Source of the DNA: Eledone cirrhosa
Taxonomy: Eukaryota
Direction: 5' to 3'
Assembly: GCA_964016885.1 (NCBI GenBank)
Contig: OZ024747.1
Location: forward strand, 38,564,001-38,628,000
DNA length: 64,000 bases
Translations under genes and position numbers: made by a program
The notes under the pieces: generated by a model
Database searches by the model: none
The model's input: only the letters and a program-made list of their open reading frames with translations
What the model was told of the DNA's origin: nothing
In this document: positions 25,200 to 39,869 of the stretch, in pieces
Position numbering within the stretch: position 1 is the first letter of the stretch
How the letters are laid out: each line of letters begins with the position of its first letter

Positions 25200-28100
25200 T
25201 CTCCAATCCTCGATATGAGTGTTTAAATGTCGAACCTAAACAGTTTGAATAACGGTGAAACGGAGACTGGAACGTCATGTGAAGGACTCTCACCCAGCAA
25301 CTGCTCGCTGGCCCAGCAGCAGGGACCTGGCTGTCATCCAAATACTGCTGGTGTTGGAGGAAGAAGAAGGAAAGGGACAATAACCAACTGGACGAAAGAA
25401 TTGCATAGAACTGTCATGAAATGTTACCTGAAGAGTAACCCCATGGAAAAAGGCTATAAGAAACGGATGCATAACATCTGGAACGAGATTGGTCTATTTA
25501 AATTAGATGAACAAAAATTGGGCGGGCAGGCTCGGGTAATAAGAACTAATAGATGGATGAGCGAGTTGGAACTGGAGGAACTGAAATAAATAACATCTGG
25601 AACAAAGATACGGCCATTGAAGAAATTAATGCTAACGGGCTATTTGGTTGATATCCTGAACTTAGTGGTAGATGAAATGAACAATGATAGTGGAAAACCT
25701 ATGAACCTAAGATTTGTAGACAGGAAAAAGTTAAAAGAAACAACAGCTAAGGTAAACAAAGTCATCCCATATTTTGAGGCGAGGAACCTTCACCAATGCA
25801 ACAATATCTTCAAAGCAACCGCAACTACGGTGAGGAAATTACTTGGCATAAAAACGAGAGGAAACAACAAACTAGAAAGATCAGAACCATGGTGGAAGAA
25901 ACGACTGAATGGTCAAATCAAGGAAATGAGAAAATACATTGGAAAGCTTGAGTTCTTAATGAATGGGACATTACAAAACATAGACACTAAAGATATATTG
26001 GAAATACAATACAAAACTAGGGGAAAAGCTAAATATTATCATGGAGGATCTGAAGCAACGCATTGTAGCAAAGAGTGCAAATATTAAGCGGTATGAGAAC
26101 AGAGTCAGTCTGTATAGACAGAACCGCATGTTTGACAACAGCCAGAAGATGTTGTTTGGACAGCTTGAAGGGAAAGAAACAGGCAACGACGAGATCCCTG
26201 AGGCGGAACAGACTAAGAAATACTGGAAAGGAATATGGGAGCATGATGCTGAATATAATGGTCAGGTAGTGTGGATTGAGACAGTTCAAAAGGAGATTAG
26301 TAAATAGGCACACCAACAACCTGATTTGAGTATCACAGTTGAAACTCTTAAAGGGCAAGCCAGAAAACCAGGCCCAGATGGTTTGCAACGGTATTGAATT
26401 AAAAATATAACATCCCTCTACCCGAAATTGATAACCATGTTCAATGACTGCTTGATGTCGAGTGAAGTACCAGAGTGGTTGACAAAGGTACCGCAGTTCT
26501 GGTAATGAAAGACCGAATCAACGGTAATGATGTTACCAACTATAGGCCCATCACATGTCTGTCCGTAATGTGGAAACTGTTAAGCATTGTGTCTGAGGAA
26601 ATCTACCATCACCTCCACATAAACAACTTGTTACCGGACGAACAGATGGGATGCCGAAAGGAGTCCCGTGGTACAAAAGATCAGTTACTTATTGATAAGT
26701 TGGTAATGAGGAATTGCACGAGGAGACACACTGTTCTTGCCATGGGATGGATATATTACAAAATGTCATTCGACGTTGTACCTCACTCTTGGATCACCAA
26801 AAGCCTAGATATCGTCAAGGTGGCAGATAACATCAGACAGTTGTTGAGCAAAAGTATGAAGTCCTGGGAAACAGAGTTAACATCGGGTGGATAATCCTTG
26901 GGAGGCGTGAAGATCAAGAGAGGTTTTTTTCCAGGGAGATAGTTTGTCCCCTCTGTTGTTTGCCTTGCCCTGATACCCCTGACCAATATACTGCGAAAAG
27001 TGAGAGCAGGATACAAGTTAGGATAAGGAGAGCTTACCATCAATCACCTCCTCTTCCTGGACGATCTTAAACTCTTTGGGAAGAGTGAGAAGGAGTTGGA
27101 TGTACTTGTTGACACTTTCCGTATTTTCAGCAATGATATATATATTGAATTACCGAGCTGTGTCTATTATTAGGTACAATGCGGGAATTCTGAAACGGAA
27201 TGTTGCTGAACAAAAAGAAATGGATAGCAAGACTAGGAAGCTATTGACTATCTACAACATGTTCCACAAGAGGAGTGATGTCGATAGTCTCTACTTAAGG
27301 AGATCTGAAGGTGGAAGAGGTCTTATCAGCATAGAGGACTGTGTTCAGGTGGAGAAAAACAACATGCACAGATACGTGACTGACAGTAGGGAGCCAATGC
27401 TCAAAATTGTACTGAAGGAGAGGACAATAGACCAGGGGATGTCCAAGGAAGAAATAACAGCAAGGAGGAAGAGCAACCTTCATGAAAAATCCCTTCATAC
27501 TACCTTCTTTTAGGAAAACCGAATTTAGAGATCCACAGACATGGTACTGGTTAAAAAGAGGAGACCTTAAAAAGGCTACAGAAGGAATGTTAATGGCTGC
27601 GCAAGAGCAGGCCCTCAAAACGAATGGTTGAAACACCATATTTACAAGGAGGAGGCTAGCCCACTGTGCAGGATCTGTGGAGAGAGAGAGAGAAGAATGT
27701 GGCTCACATTGTATCCGAGTGTAAACACCTAGCCCAGACTCACTATAAATGCTGGAGACATGATGTGACGGGGAGGGTGATCCACTGGCACCTATGCAAA
27801 GTAAACAATTTAACACGTTCTGAGAAGTGGTATGAGCATAAGCCAGAGTTGGTGATAGAATACGATGAGGTGAAGGTGGTATGGGATTTTAGAATACAGA
27901 TGGGCAAGAAATTAAAACACAATAGGCTCGACCTGGTGGTTGCGGACAAGGAAAAAAGATCGTGCCTGATTGTAGATGTAGCCTGCCCATTTGACACGAG
28001 TGTGCAAGAAAAGGAGAGGGAGATACCAGGATTTAAAGTGGGAGGTAAAAGGAATATGGAACTGCCATGAAGTCAAGCTCGTCCCGATTGTCATAGGTGC

Positions 28101-28326
28101 ACTAGGTACTATCTCAAATAGTTTCCAAGGATAGTAAAAGAAAATTGGTCCCGCCCCGCTTTTTGGAACACTTCAAAAGGCATGTTTGCTGGGAACAGCA
28201 AGAAGCCTCCGATACGTCCTGAATATCTGAGGCTGCAGGTAGCGACTTGATATTCATTTCAACAAACTTTCCAGTTAAATAACATCAATAAACTGAGACT
28301 CAAAGAACAATAATAATAATAATAAT
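25200..28326 (+). mobile_element. Second, divergent R4/Dong-type non-LTR retrotransposon, decayed, with an internal deletion near 27147
   Basis: NWTKE, EPWWKKRL, NYRPITCL, FLDDLKL, SDVDSLYL..GGRGL, HIVSECKHL..RHD, HNRLDLVV..IVDVACP; (TAA)n tail. The 5' boundary is uncertain. Confidence 0.88.
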
Positions 28327-28553
28327 GCTTTCTTTATTAACCACAATGTTTTACATAAAGTAGACATTAAGGACAGTAGAGGACAATACAGGACGGTACA
28401 AATGGGCAATCCTGCGTGTAAAAAAAACAGAGGATGTAATAAAAATAACAATGAAAAATTCCCCAATAGGGGGGTGACTTCCGAGGGACATTTGTGGAGA
28501 AAGCCCATTAAAAAGGCCACAGTGACCCTGACTACCAGTTTTCCACCTTTAAT

Positions 28554-31500
28554 TTACAGACACATACTCAGAGTAGGCCCATTTACTCGGGCCATACTTG
28601 CCTCTCTCACCCATCTTTCAACAAAATGCTGGGAAGAGAGCACTTCCATCTCTACCCTGATTTTCCTATACAAATGAAATTTGAAAAAGTTAATCAGGGA
28701 ATCACCGAAGAGGTAAGTGCTCGTCTTCAGCCCTTTCAAACGTGTCCACCATACTATCTCTTTCGCCATGGCCACCAGACAGATAAAAACTGCCTGCCCT
28801 TCCCGGCTAAAGGAAGAGGGCGGGGCAATCCTCACGATGGACTCAGCTGATAGCCGGATCCGTCCTACACGCGACTGCAGGTGTTCGACATAAACCAACA
28901 AGTCAGCGATGCTCGGACACTGGACGAGTGCGTGCAGGACGGTTTCGTCGCCCTGCGCGCATCTCGGACATGCCCGGCTGACGGCACCTCCATGCCTGTA
29001 GAGTTTATCCCGAACTGGCAAAGCTCCCCGATAGCACTGTCAGGCCAGGGATTTCTGGAAGTTGTCCATAGGCCCCGGCCGGAAATTGCTTCCGAAGAGA
29101 TTGGCTAGTTGATTTTCGTCGACGCCTAGAATTTCTCCAAGTACGTCGTCGCTCTTCCCCTCCACTAATCCTCTATAGAATGCCAAGGTGGATTTTCCAC
29201 CGATCACATTGCCCGATTGGTCGAGGGCTGTGAGCGCCTGAAAACTTTCCAGTCTCCAAGCGCTCCCTCTCGGTTTTCGCTTGACCCAGGACTGCAGCTC
29301 CGTCAAGGAGACGAGCTGGGGAAATACGTGTCTAGCAAACGGCGACCACACCTGATCACCGTCGAGGAAGAGGTGGAGATGTCGTAGCCTGAGCGCGTGT
29401 CTGCGCATCATCAGCCACGGCATGCCCAGCCTTCCACGTAGCGGGTGTTGACAGGAGGTGGACCGCCTGTACATCGGAGCGCGTCCCTTCCAGAAAAAGC
29501 GAAAGAGCAAACGCTCCAGCGCAGTCAGTCGAGGCTAAGGACAAGGTACGACGGTCAGGCGGTAGCAGATAACGGACGCGATGTATGCGTTAGCCACCTC
29601 CGCTCGACCTTTCAGGGATAGCTTCCCCTCGGCCCATTTCTGGGTGAGAGAAGCCACCCTGCTCGTCACCTCGTCCCAGTTTTTGTCCGTCTGGAGGTCC
29701 GGACCGAACCAGACCCCTACCAATTTAACCGGTCCGTCCATGCAGCGCCCGACGTCGCTGTTGGACGGCATGGCCTGCCTCTCCAGGTGCCGAGCTGCAG
29801 GCCCACTGACTTTTCCTGGTTGATCATTGCTCCTGTCACCGCTTTGTATTCTCTTAGTGTAGTGCCTATCGCCTCAATGTGTTTGGCGTTCGACACCACT
29901 ACGGTGACATCGTCCGCATATGCTGACACGGATCTTCCGCATCCTAGTTCGCGCGGGACCCCCCTCAACGTCTCCAGTTTGTGCAATAATGGCTCGAGAA
30001 TCAATACGTACAAGAGGGACGAGAGGGGACACCCTTGGCGGACCGAGCACATGATGTTGGACGGTTCCGAAAGGTGATCGTTCACTCTCACCACAGAGCA
30101 GATGTCGCTGTGCATGGCAGCGATCCAGCCTCTGAAGACGGGCCCAAAGCCAGCCGCCCTCAGGACTGCCGCTACGTAACGATGGTCGACCCTATCGAAA
30201 GCTTTCGACTGATCTAAATTTATCAAAGACCCCCCCTGCCAGATTCTCTAGCTACCCTCTCTACGATGTATCGCATGAGGTGGAGGTTGTCGTGGATGGA
30301 TCTGTGGGGAATGGCGCATGTCTGCGCCTCTTCCACCAGACCACCAACGACAAGCGCCAATCTTTTTGCTAGCACCTTGGCCAAAATCTTGAAATCTGCG
30401 TTTAGCAGCGTTATGGGCCTAAAATTATCTATGTTGTCCCCCTTGTTCGGATCCTTTCTCAGCAGCGCCACCGCTCCTCGGCTCACAGAGCTGGGAATTC
30501 TCCCGTTCTGTTGCCAGTTGCAGTAGACGTCCGCCAAGAGGCCTCCGAACAAGTCTGGCATTTGTACGTAAAGTTCATAGGGCAGACCATACAAACCAGG
30601 CGATTTACCCCTTGTGCAGCCAGTCATTTCCTCCCGTACTTCAGCGGTTGTTATCAGCTTTTCGCAACACTCAGACTCAGTGGCCGAGAGCCGCGGCAGC
30701 CTGTCGAGGTAGACACTACGGTCTATCCTTCGATCCGGCCCGCCGTTGCCCCCGAACAGTTAAGCGAAGTGTCGCTGAAAAGCTTCACACATTTGCCCGG
30801 GATCGAGTAGTATGCGTCCGTCGTGTTCCACCAAAGACCGGATCGTGGCTGTGTTGCCACGACGCGCCTCTGCCACTCGGGCCCATTGAACGGCTTTCCT
30901 CCCGTCGTGTTTGAGAGCACGCACCCTAGATCTGACAACGCAGCCTTCGTGCTTTGCATTGAAGAATTGGTCAAGGGCCAATTTCGCCGCAAGTACGTCG
31001 GTCGCGATGCCTTTGCAAAGCGCCTCATCTAATTTTCTAACTAATTCTCCCTCTGCTCTATTTTTATCTATTGCTGAAGCCTTACTAAACCTAATGGACT
31101 CTATTCTAATTACTCTTTTCATACCAAACCACCACTTGTCGTTGACGAGTGCCCCCGTCAACGCCCGCCTAACTAGTTCGCTAATCCGCTCTCTGTAGGC
31201 CTTGCGCGCTGGTAAGGATGCCTTTAGCTTCCAGTAGCCGGGTCCTCGTCTATGAAGCCTATCTAAGTCAAGTACACAGATCACGAATTTGTGGTCCGTG
31301 TAGCGGACTATCTTGAATTGTGGACAGCCTATGCTAGACCTATCTATTTTCCTACAAAATACTATATCTAGATATGATCTGGATGACCCTATGTGATTTG
31401 TCCAAGTCCCCATTGGTATATTCGGCAAATCCAATCGGTACCTGTCAGACAGTTCAAAACGCCTGAGCAGGTTGGTGAGACTCTTGCACCCTCCACCCCT

Positions 31501-31967
31501 AGCCACTAATCCCACACAGTCTCAGCGTGCATCTAAGATCCCGTTCCAGTCGCCCACTAACACTAAAGAGCGGGACGTTCCAAGAAAGGTTGTCCAGACG
31601 CCGGAAGAAATCAGGCCGCCCTGCTCCTGTCGGGGCATAGACGGCCACTAGCCTGAAAGCTTGCCCGTCTCCGCTGGTCACGTTTAGCACCACCAACTTA
31701 CCTTCTGGGTCCAGGAAGATGGCCCATATGGCAAGATCCAAACCTCTCCGAAAAAGCACAGCAACTCCACCTCCCGATCCCGGACGGCTGGGAGATGCGT
31801 ACATATCGTAGCCGCCGAAGTTCGGTGCGAAGGCCCGTGCTTCGGAGATTCTGTTCTCGCTGATGGCCACTACATCTATGTTTAGTGACCTGAGGTCATT
31901 GAGCAGGTGGCTTCCATGACGACCCCAAACCACGCGCATTTATGCTGCCTATTCTGAGTGAGGTCAT
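28554..31967 (-). pseudogene. Tx1 ORF2 (AP endonuclease-RT-CCHC), frameshifted
   Basis: AISE, VAVYAP, TDH, GPGYWKL, FRPITLLNADFKILAK, LDQSKAFDRVDH, VRQGCPLS, AYADD, CPRC..ETVLHALVQC. Confidence 0.9.
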
Positions 31968-31969
31968 GT

Positions 31970-33950
31970 TGAAATGGAGTGGAAAAGATGGGAAAGACCA
32001 CTTACCTTACTTCTCGTAGAGGAAGGACGGTTTTTCCATCCTTTTCACTGCTTGTGGCCTCCTCAGGAAGGATGTCCTTATAAATCCTCCTGGAGAGTGC
32101 TTGTCGGAAGTCTGCAATGTCTTGGGGAATTTTTGTTTTAGTGTCATGTACGTTTTCGTGTGATGCGAGTGATTTGTATGTATGGAGGTGGTGGGAATTT
32201 TTGGGTTGTTGTGTAATCTTTTTCTGTGATGCTGGTGTTGTGTTGGATGTAGTGTAATAATTGGTTGTTGTTCAAATTTAATGCTGTGTAGTGTGTACCG
32301 TTTTGGTTGTTTTGTTTTGTTTGCGTTTGTTGTGGGGTTTTTTTCTGTTTCGCATGTTGGTGACTTCTGTGGTGTAGGTGATGGTGGTGTTGGGGTTAAT
32401 GACGGTGATGGTGTTGGTGTTTGGGGTCATGGGGTTGGTGATGCTGGTGTGGATGGTGGCATATCTGTCCTAACTTTTTTGTTTGTTAATTTATTTGTTT
32501 CCCTCTGTATTTTGTTTTTGGAGGGGGAAGGAAGGGAATTTTTTCTATTTGGTTACTTTTTTTCTTTTTTCCTGATACCGTTTCCCACTCCTCGTCGTCA
32601 CAATCTGTCTCCAGTTGTGATAGGCCGAGTAGTGGAAAATCCTCCATAGGCGTTAGTTTTGGTTGTGGCATGGTGGATGGTGTAGGCGCTGGTGCTAGTT
32701 CTGAAGCGTTGGGTGGTGGTGGTGTTGGTTTTGCTGGTGGTGGTAGTGTTGGTGTTGCTACTGTTGCTGGAGTTGTAGCTGTTATAGTTGCTTCTCTTGT
32801 TGCTGCTACAGTTGTTGCTGCCATCTCTGCTACTGGTGGTGTTGATGCTTGAGTCACTGGTGTGGGTAGGAGAGGTGGCCTCAACCTTTTAACCTGAGGG
32901 CAGAAAGCCCCTAGGTGGGTTCCTTCACCACAAACGACACATCTAGGCCTTCTGCCCTCGACAATTACGGTGAGGTGGCTGCCGTCAGTGAGGTCTATTA
33001 CCTCTGGGATCTCCTCAATGCTTTTTTGGTCCGCTTGGATCAGGAGGTCCATCCCAGATCCGGACCAGTTCTCATGCTTTTCTTTTGCTATTGCTATTAT
33101 CTTGGTGTTGGCTTCGATGCCGGCGAGGACGGCCGCTATTAGCCAGGGAATTTCGATGGCCGGTGGAAGGTGGGTCACCCTGATATTTACGAGTCTCTGT
33201 CCACAATAGCTTGGGACGAGTGTGAAGTCGTCACTTCTTAATGGGGCCATGGAGTGTTCTCTAGCCTCCTCTGGTGTTTCAAAGAACATGTCCACGGTTC
33301 CATACTTCTGCCCACGTCTGATGTGGATTTTTCTTGCCCACACATGTCCCAAAGCTTTTTGGATTTGGGACTCGGATGCCCGTTTAACTCGGGGCGATTT
33401 TACATTAATTGTTCGATACATACGGTGCATAGGCGCCGATGGTCCATTTTATTATATGGGGGGGGGGGCTCACCCTGTACCTATCTTTCTTTACCATTTT
33501 TTTGGCATTTTCTAATTCCTCCTGAGTTACCGTAAATGCTTCGCACTGTTTTGCTACTCTGGCATGTTTGTTTGCTACAATGTCATTTTTGCTGTTGTTG
33601 TTATTTTTATTTTTGTTATTATTAATTTTAGTTTCAGTTGTGGTGGTGACGTCAGTGGTGTTCGGTGTGGAAGAGTCCATTTTGGTTGAAAACATTTCGA
33701 CATCACGAGTTGATTTATTTTTTCCTTTTGTTTCTGTTGTCGCGGTGGTGGTGGTGGTGGTGGCGGCTTTAACACCTGCAGTCATTGGTAATGGCGGGAA
33801 ATGAATGTCTGCCGGAGACAAATTTAAAATATTGCTACTGATTAAATTGTTAGTGTTGGCAAACGTAGTAATATTTACAATGGTGGTGTCGGCGTGAGGT
33901 GTTAGATTATGAGAAAGGCTGTCAGCTTCGTGTGGCTGTGAGACTTCCTT
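31970..33950 (-). pseudogene. Tx1 ORF1 (RRM-like region + CCHC zinc knuckle + Pro/Thr-rich regions), disrupted
   Basis: The ORF at 32486-33430 has CVVCGEGTHLGAFC (CX2CX4HX4C) and RGQKYGTV, shared with element 2 (RGRQYGTI). Confidence 0.8.
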
Positions 33951-34162
33951 GTTTTTTTTTTCAATGAAATTTTTTGATAATTATAAATGTTTAAATTTTG
34001 GGCACAAGGCCCCAATCTTTTTGGGTGTCCTTTTCGGAAAACAATGTAAGTGTGCTTATAAACACTTAACAATAAAATTTTCCATAAATGGCAATTTTTA
34101 ACAAACGGAAATAACAAACCTTTGCGGAGTTCACGATGATACGATTTACTACGTAGGTCGCC

Positions 34163-34243
<81 letters not shown>
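34163..34243. repeat. (AAT)n microsatellite between the two Tx1 elements
   Basis: Direct reading. Confidence 0.98.
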
Positions 34244-34245
<2 letters not shown>

Positions 34246-34492
34246 CATTTATTGGCCACAAGGGCCGATATATCGGGGACAATACAAATGACTGGGACAG
34301 TGGGGTTTTACAGAGAAATCGAGTAAACAATATGAATAACAATAACAAAGTAACAATAAAATTACAAGAAAAAATTCCCCAATAGGGGGGATGACCACCC
34401 ACGGTTCGCTCAGGTACCCCACCAATCCTGAACGACCCTACGCTTCGAGAGCACCCTGAAAGGGCACCTCTCTTCTCCTCAAATTTACCCAC

Positions 34493-37400
34493 CTACAGAC
34501 GCATGACCAGTGTAGGAGTAGGCCCACTCACACGGGCCATTCTCGCGACATTCATCCACCTTTCAGCAAATGTACTGGGGGGCAGCACTTCCCTCTCCAC
34601 CCACACCTTCCTTTCCAAGTGAAACTTGAAAAAGTTGATGAGGGATTGGTCCAGGGGAAATGGGTCTGTATTCAGTCCTTTCAACCTCGTCCCCCATACA
34701 ACCTCTTTCGCTACTGCCACCAGACAGTAATTTCCTGCTCTTCCTGGCCAAAAGAAGGCGGCTGGTCGATCTTCACTTGGACTCGGCCGATAGCCAGATC
34801 CTTTCTACATGCGACAACAGCTGTTCAACATAACTCCACAAGTCAGTAATGCACGGACACTGGACGAGTGCGTGCAGAACGGTTTCGTCGCTCTGAGCGC
34901 ATCTGGGGTAGGTCCGTCTGACAGCACTTCCGTGCCTGTAGAGTTTATCTCGAACCGGCAGTGCCGCCCGGTAGCACTGCCAAGTGAGGGATTTTGGGAA
35001 ATGATCCATCGTCCCCGGCTCGAAGGTCCTCCGGAACTGACTGGTTAGTTCGACTTCGTCGACTCCCAGAGCCTCTCCGAATGCGTCGTCGCACTTCCCA
35101 CCACTAATCCTCTATAGAACTCGAGAGTGGAAATTCCACTGACCGCATTGCCCGCCTGTTAGAGGGCAGTGAGTGCATGGCAACATTCCAGATGCCAGTC
35201 ACCCAGTCTCGGTCTCTTCTTGACCCAGGTCTGCAGCTCAGTCAAAGAAACGAGCTGCAGAATGGCCCGTCTGACAAACGGTGACCACACCCGTTCACCG
35301 TTTGAGCAGAATATCTGTAGATGCGGCAGCCTCAGCGCGTGTCTCCGCATCATTAAACACGGCATGCCCAGCCCTCCACGTATAGGGTGCTGGCAGTAGA
35401 TGGACCGCCTCACCAGCCGAACCTGACCCCTCCACAAGAATTTGAAGAGGAGCCGCTCCAAGATTGCGAGGCGCAAACGGGGGCAAGAGATGACGGTCAG
35501 ACGGTAGTAGATGACGGATGCGATGTACACGCTTGCCACCTCCGCCCAACCTTTCAGTGATAGATATGTCGCAGCCCATTTCTGGGTGAGATTGGCTACC
35601 CTGTCCGTCACAATGTCCCAATTTCTATCCACCTGGAGGACTGGCCCGAGCCAAACCCCGAGCAACTTTACCGGTCCGTCCGTCCAGCGCCCAACGACAC
35701 TGTTGGACGGCATTGACTTGCCTCTCCAGGTGCCGAGTTGCAAACCTGCCGACTTTTCCGGATTAAGTTTTGCTCCCGTCAACCTCTCATATTCCTCCAA
35801 TAAGTTGCCAATCATCTCAATTCTGAGGTGTCCGACACCATCACGATGATGTCGTCCGCATAAGCCGACACAGCATTTCCATCCCCCGGTTCGAGCGGGA
35901 TGCACTGCAAAAGCTCCAGCTTCCACAAGAGGGGCTCGAGAGTCAATACGTACAGAAGGGAGGAGAGAGGCACCCTTGATGGTCCGATCGGGAGACCTGA
36001 AACGGTTCCGAGAGGTGGCCATTAATTTTGACCACCGAGCAGATGCGGCTGTGTATTTCAGCGATCCAGCTTCTGAAAACGGAGCCGAAGACAGCTGCCT
36101 CGAAGACAGCCTCCAGGTACCGATGGTCGACCCTATTGAATGCTTTCGATTGATCTAAATTGATCAGAGCCCCACCGAAGCCAGGTTTACACCCTACCCT
36201 CTCTATGATGTATCGCATCAGGTGGAAATTGTCGTGTATGGACCTGGTTGGAATTGCGCAAGTTTGCGCCTCCCCAGCCAAATCCGACGACAAGCGCCAC
36301 CCTCTTCGCTAACACCCTGGCTAACATCTTAAACTCTGTGTTGAGCAGAGTTATGGGCCTGAAATTGTCTAACGTGTCCCTCTTGTTCTCGTCTTTCCTT
36401 ATCAGCGTCACTACGGCCCGGCTCACAGAACTGGGAATGCTCCTGTTCTGCTGCCAGTTGCAGTAGAGCGCTTCGAGGAAATTGGAGAACAAGACTGGCA
36501 TATTTACGTAAAGCTCGTAGTGCATACCATCCAAACCAGGTGACTTGCGCCTCATGCAGCCACAAGGGCATCCTGAATATCGGCTGAAGTAATTGGCCTT
36601 TCGCAGCGCCGTAGAGTGTTGCGGTAAGCCATCGAGGTAGGGACTGAAGTCCGCCACCACGTCTGAACCGCCACTTCCCCCGAACAACCTAACAAAATGT
36701 TGGAGAAAGGCCTCACACATCCGCTTGGAATCGCTCAGCTCGTGCCCGTCTCGGTCCGTCAGAGACCGAACAGTGGTTTTATTACCACGTTGTGCCTCTG
36801 CCACGCGGGCCCATCGAACAGCTTTGGTTCCATCGTTTCTCAGAGCACGCGGCGTAGCTCTGACAATGCAACATTCGTGTTTCCCATTGAAGAAATGCCA
36901 TTCTCGCCGCTAGCACGTTAGTTGCAAGGCCATTACAAATAGCCTCGTCTAACTTATCTACCAACTCCCCCTCCTTTCTATTTTTTTCTAACGCTACTTC
37001 TTTGCTAAACTCTATTGACATTACCCTAATCTCTCTTTTGAGAGCCCCCCCACAATCTATTGTTGTCGACTCCCCCTGTCAAATCTTTCTTCACTAAATT
37101 GTTGACCTGGTCCCTGTAAGCCTTACGTGCCGGAAATGACATGTTCAGCTTCCAGTAACCGGGTCCTAACCTACGAGACTTATCTAGGTCGACCATACAG
37201 ATCACAAACTTGTGATCTGAAAAGGCAACCGTTTTAAAACGTGGACAGCTTACACTATTTCTGTCTATTTTCCTAATGAATAACCTGTCTATATACAATC
37301 TAGATGACCCTATGCGGTTAGCCCAGGTCCACACTGGCGCATTAGGGAAATCTAGTCGGTACCTGTCAGACAGTTGGAACAGGCTGATCAGGTTCTTGAG

Positions 37401-37894
37401 GCCTTTGCACCCTCCCCCCGCTCCTATCGGATACTCCCACAAACTCCCCGCGTGCGTTTAAGATGCCGTTCCAGTACCCACTATCAGTAAAGGGCGAGAC
37501 GTACCCAGAAAGTTTTCCAGGCGTCTAAAGAAGTCCGGCAGCCCTGCCCTAGTAGGGGCTTAGACGGCCACCAGTCTAAAGGCACCGCCATCGTTATTGC
37601 TCACGTCCAGGAGACCACCTTCGTGTCCGGATCCCGGAAGATCGACCTTACCTCGAGATGCAGGCCTTTCCTAAACAACACTGCCACCCCATCTCCCATT
37701 CCCGGCCGAATAACAGGTGCAAATATCTGATAGTCGTCGAAAATGGGGGCTAGTGCGACCGTGTCGGAAATCCTGGTCTCGCTGACGGCAATTACACCCA
37801 TTTCTAGAGCCCTGAGGTCGTTGAGCAGGTGAGCCTGCTTCCAGGACGATCCTAGGCCCCGAACATTTAAATTTCCTACTCTTAATACGGCCAT
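34493..37894 (-). pseudogene. Tx1 ORF2 (APE-RT-CCHC), frameshifted
   Basis: NLNVRGL, AVSET, FSDH, GPGYWKLN, FRPITLLN, LDQSKAFNRVDH, ETVLHALVQC. Confidence 0.9.
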
Positions 37895-39869
37895 GTTGGC
37901 AGTTTAAAAGAGTGAGAGGAAATGTTTACTTTCCTTCCGGGCTCTTGTGAAGGTCGGGTGGTTCGACCTCCATAGTTGGTGGGGTTTCTTTTGGGAACCC
38001 TCTTTAAAAGTATTGAAGTGGGTTTTACATTCGGGGTTCCCACGTCCCGAGGAAAGCTGTCTCGTATCTCTTTGTATAAATCGAGTGACATTCGCACCAG
38101 AAACAAATCTTCCGGCAAGCGAAATGTGCTCGATTTAAACATTTTCTCCTCTTTTTGTATATTTTCACTTCGTTCTACGAGGGACATTAATTCCTTGTTG
38201 GCCTTCCTGGCGAGCACAAAGTTTTGGATGTTTTGTTGGTGTGATTTTATTTGTTTGTGTGGCTGTGGTGGTGATGGTTTTGGTGATGTTGTTTCGGTTG
38301 TGTCTGTGTTTGTTTTGAGTACGGTGTCTGTGGTTTCAGATGTTTGTGTGTGTATTTTTCCTTTTCTTCTGTTTAGTTTGTTTGCATTTGGGGAATTCTG
38401 GTGATGGTGATGGTGGTGTTGATGGTGTTATTGGAGAGATGTTTGCGTGGGTGGTGTCTGCATATTTTATTGTGCGTGATTTTGTGCTTTGATGATTTTT
38501 GTTTTTGTTTTTGTGTTTCCTTTTTTGTATTTTGGGGGATTTGGGTTTTCCCTCATCTTCGCTACTGGTAGATGAGTTGGTGTGTGTCTGTAAGTGTGTC
38601 TGTGTGTGTGTTTATGTTTTTAATAAAGTGTGTATCTTTTTTTTTGGTGGGGCGGGATTTGACAACTTTCCACATTTCCACCCTGAGCGGTCAATGTTGG
38701 TGGTGGTCTTTCTATTGGTGTTGTTGTTGGTGATTTTGCCAGTGCAGGTGTTGGTAGTGGTACACGCCCCGGCACCGGCAGCAGTGGAACCCTTCGACTC
38801 CTTGCATCTTTCAGCAGTTGAGGGCAGAAGGTTCGCAAATGTTTTTTTCCCCTACAAACAAAACAATGCGGCCTTTAGCCCTCGGTCATCATATGAATGA
38901 CTGTCCCATTCTGAAGGCGGATGTGGTCGGGGATTGTCTTCACATTCTCGGGCCTGATCTGGAGAAGTATCTCCAGGTCAACCCCGGACCAGTCCTCTCT
39001 GGTCGTTCTTGTCACTTCTATCGGGACTGTATCCGTCTCCTCCACATTCACATATCCCAGAAGCCATCACACGTCAAGTCCTGGTGGGAGGGGTACATTA
39101 TGACCTTGCTGGTTTTGCAAGGAGTCATAGCGTGTTTCATAGCGAGGGCTTCTGACTTGAACAACACCGAAATGGTGCCGTACTGTCTGCCCCTCTCTAT
39201 GTATTCGGTGTCATCTCTGATGCACCTCAGCGCGACTTCGACATGTGCTTGTGGAATTAAAGCTGCCCTTTTGGTTTGTGCTGAGATGCATCTATAATGC
39301 ACCGTTCTGCGCTCCCCTGCCTCAATAGCTTCTACCAGGACAGTCAAGTTGGCTCAGGTTTGCTCTTGCTTGATGAGCTTCCAGGACTGGGCCAACTTTT
39401 CATCTTTGTTTGAGAGGTACATGTTGAAGCATGGCCTCTTTTTTGCTGCTGCCGCAGCGAAAGAGTTCTTCCTCTTGTCGTTGTGGGTGTTGTTGTTATT
39501 GTCGTGTTCTTGTTGGTGTTGTTATCACTGTCGCTGTTATCATTGTTGTCTTTGGTGCCGCCGTTGTTCTCGGTGCAGTTGGTATTGTTGCTGTTGGTGT
39601 TGTCGCTATTTGTTTTCATGTTAGTGGTGTTGATATTGTTGTTGCATTTGTCATATTGTCTGTTATCTGTATTTTCCTTGTCGCTGTTACTGTCATTCTT
39701 TTTTAAAATTAGAGTTCTCAGTGTTGTTGTCATTGCTGTCTTTGTTCACATTGTTTGTGGTGATGTTTGTTGTATCAATTTCTGTTAATTTCGCCGTAGC
39801 GCTTCTCTCAACTTTTACGTTGTCTTCACACGACAGCAGACATATCACTGGGGGGCGTGGCTCAGCCAT
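37882..39869 (-). pseudogene. Tx1 ORF1, disrupted
   Basis: Starts MAEPRPP; Asn/Thr-rich region; RGRQYGTISVLF; decayed knuckle near 38820-38870. Confidence 0.75.

Larger units (their letters stand above)
28327..34162 (-). mobile_element. Tx1/L1-clade non-LTR retrotransposon 1, near full length
   Basis: ORF1 + ORF2 (APE, RT, CCHC). AATAAA precedes an (ATT)n tail and the 5' end abuts (ATT)n. Confidence 0.9.
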
